Below, piece by piece: positions 63,882 through 64,000 of a DNA stretch of 64,000 nucleotides. Position numbers and translations under genes: made by a program. Source of the stretch: Bacteroidales bacterium (GTDB lineage: Bacteria > Bacteroidota > Bacteroidia > Bacteroidales > VadinHA17). Each line of letters opens with the position of its first letter. Position 1 is the first letter of the stretch. The notes beneath the pieces are model-generated. The model was not told the origin of the DNA and did no database searches. It saw only the letters and a list, made by a program, of their open reading frames with translations. The stretch is taken from NCBI GenBank assembly GCA_035299385.1, contig DATGWQ010000268.1, positions 3,279 through 67,278 on the forward strand, written 5' to 3'.

Positions 63882-63889
63882 TATCTTTG
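63882..63889 (+). promoter_or_regulatory. -7 box TATCTTTG for the partial gene at the window end
   Basis: Perfect match 7 nt upstream of the ATG at 63896, which implies a near-leaderless mRNA or use of the ATG at 63902. Confidence 0.35.
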
Positions 63890-63895
63890 CCGATT

Positions 63896-64000
63896 ATGCC
63901 GATGAATAATTTTTTACAAAAATTCAGAGAAAAATTTCGCCTCAAGACAGACCAGCAGACCCTGATATACTTTCTCAGTCTCGTCATCGGACTGCTCAGC
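63896..64000 (+). CDS. 5' fragment of an unidentified membrane protein
   Basis: 35 codons to the window edge (MPMNNFLQKFREKFRLKTDQQTLIYFLSLVIGLLS). A -7 box lies at 63882-63889. The fragment is too short to name. Confidence 0.3.
   Translation, partial: MPMNNFLQKFREKFRLKTDQQTLIYFLSLVIGLLS

Noticed and set aside
1-64000. tRNA, rRNA, tmRNA, RNase P or riboswitch genes in the intergenic spacers
   Set aside because: No spacer longer than about 100 nt shows a cloverleaf-like arrangement or a conserved ncRNA core that I can recognise by eye. Spacers are accounted for by promoters, terminators and the repeat family. A covariance-model scan would be needed to be certain.

Overview
This 64-kb segment looks like chromosome from an anaerobic member of the Bacteroidota. 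Evidence for that: T9SS type-B sorting domains, TAnnTTTG -7 promoter boxes, a PEPCK/PPDK/methylmalonyl-CoA-epimerase fermentative core, and rubrerythrin plus rubredoxin. I call 53 protein-coding genes. One of them, a 54-aa rubredoxin at 48805-48969, falls below the ORF-track size cut-off. Several ORF-track starts are moved downstream. I saw no rRNA, tRNA, CRISPR array, IS element or prophage by eye. Most genes are housekeeping: htpG, aspartate aminotransferase, rbr, plsY, pckA, ppdK, xerD, aroQ, pyk, nth, ABC-F, aroB, aroC, tilS, proS, purA, a Fur-family regulator, RelA/SpoT and an M16 peptidase pair. Four things stand out. (1) A complete nickel-pincer cofactor operon (larC-larE-larB plus a WbqC-family gene) has no LarA in the window. 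It lies divergent to a Tat-exported DUF362 protein and a NapH/NosR-like membrane polyferredoxin. (2) A terminator-bounded three-gene operon encodes two secreted, extremely Tyr/Gly-rich low-complexity proteins plus a FadL/PorV-like outer-membrane barrel. (3) A citrate-lyase module has fused citD-citE and citF, lacks citC/citX/citG, and is translationally coupled to a rubredoxin. (4) A window-wide family of intergenic 7-10-nt tandem-repeat arrays and repeat-built hairpins (GGAAGAC, TACGCTY, CACAGAG/CTCTGTG, CCTTTGTG, CTTGGTG) sits at gene ends and just upstream of promoters. All product calls come from motifs recognised by eye; no database search was possible.
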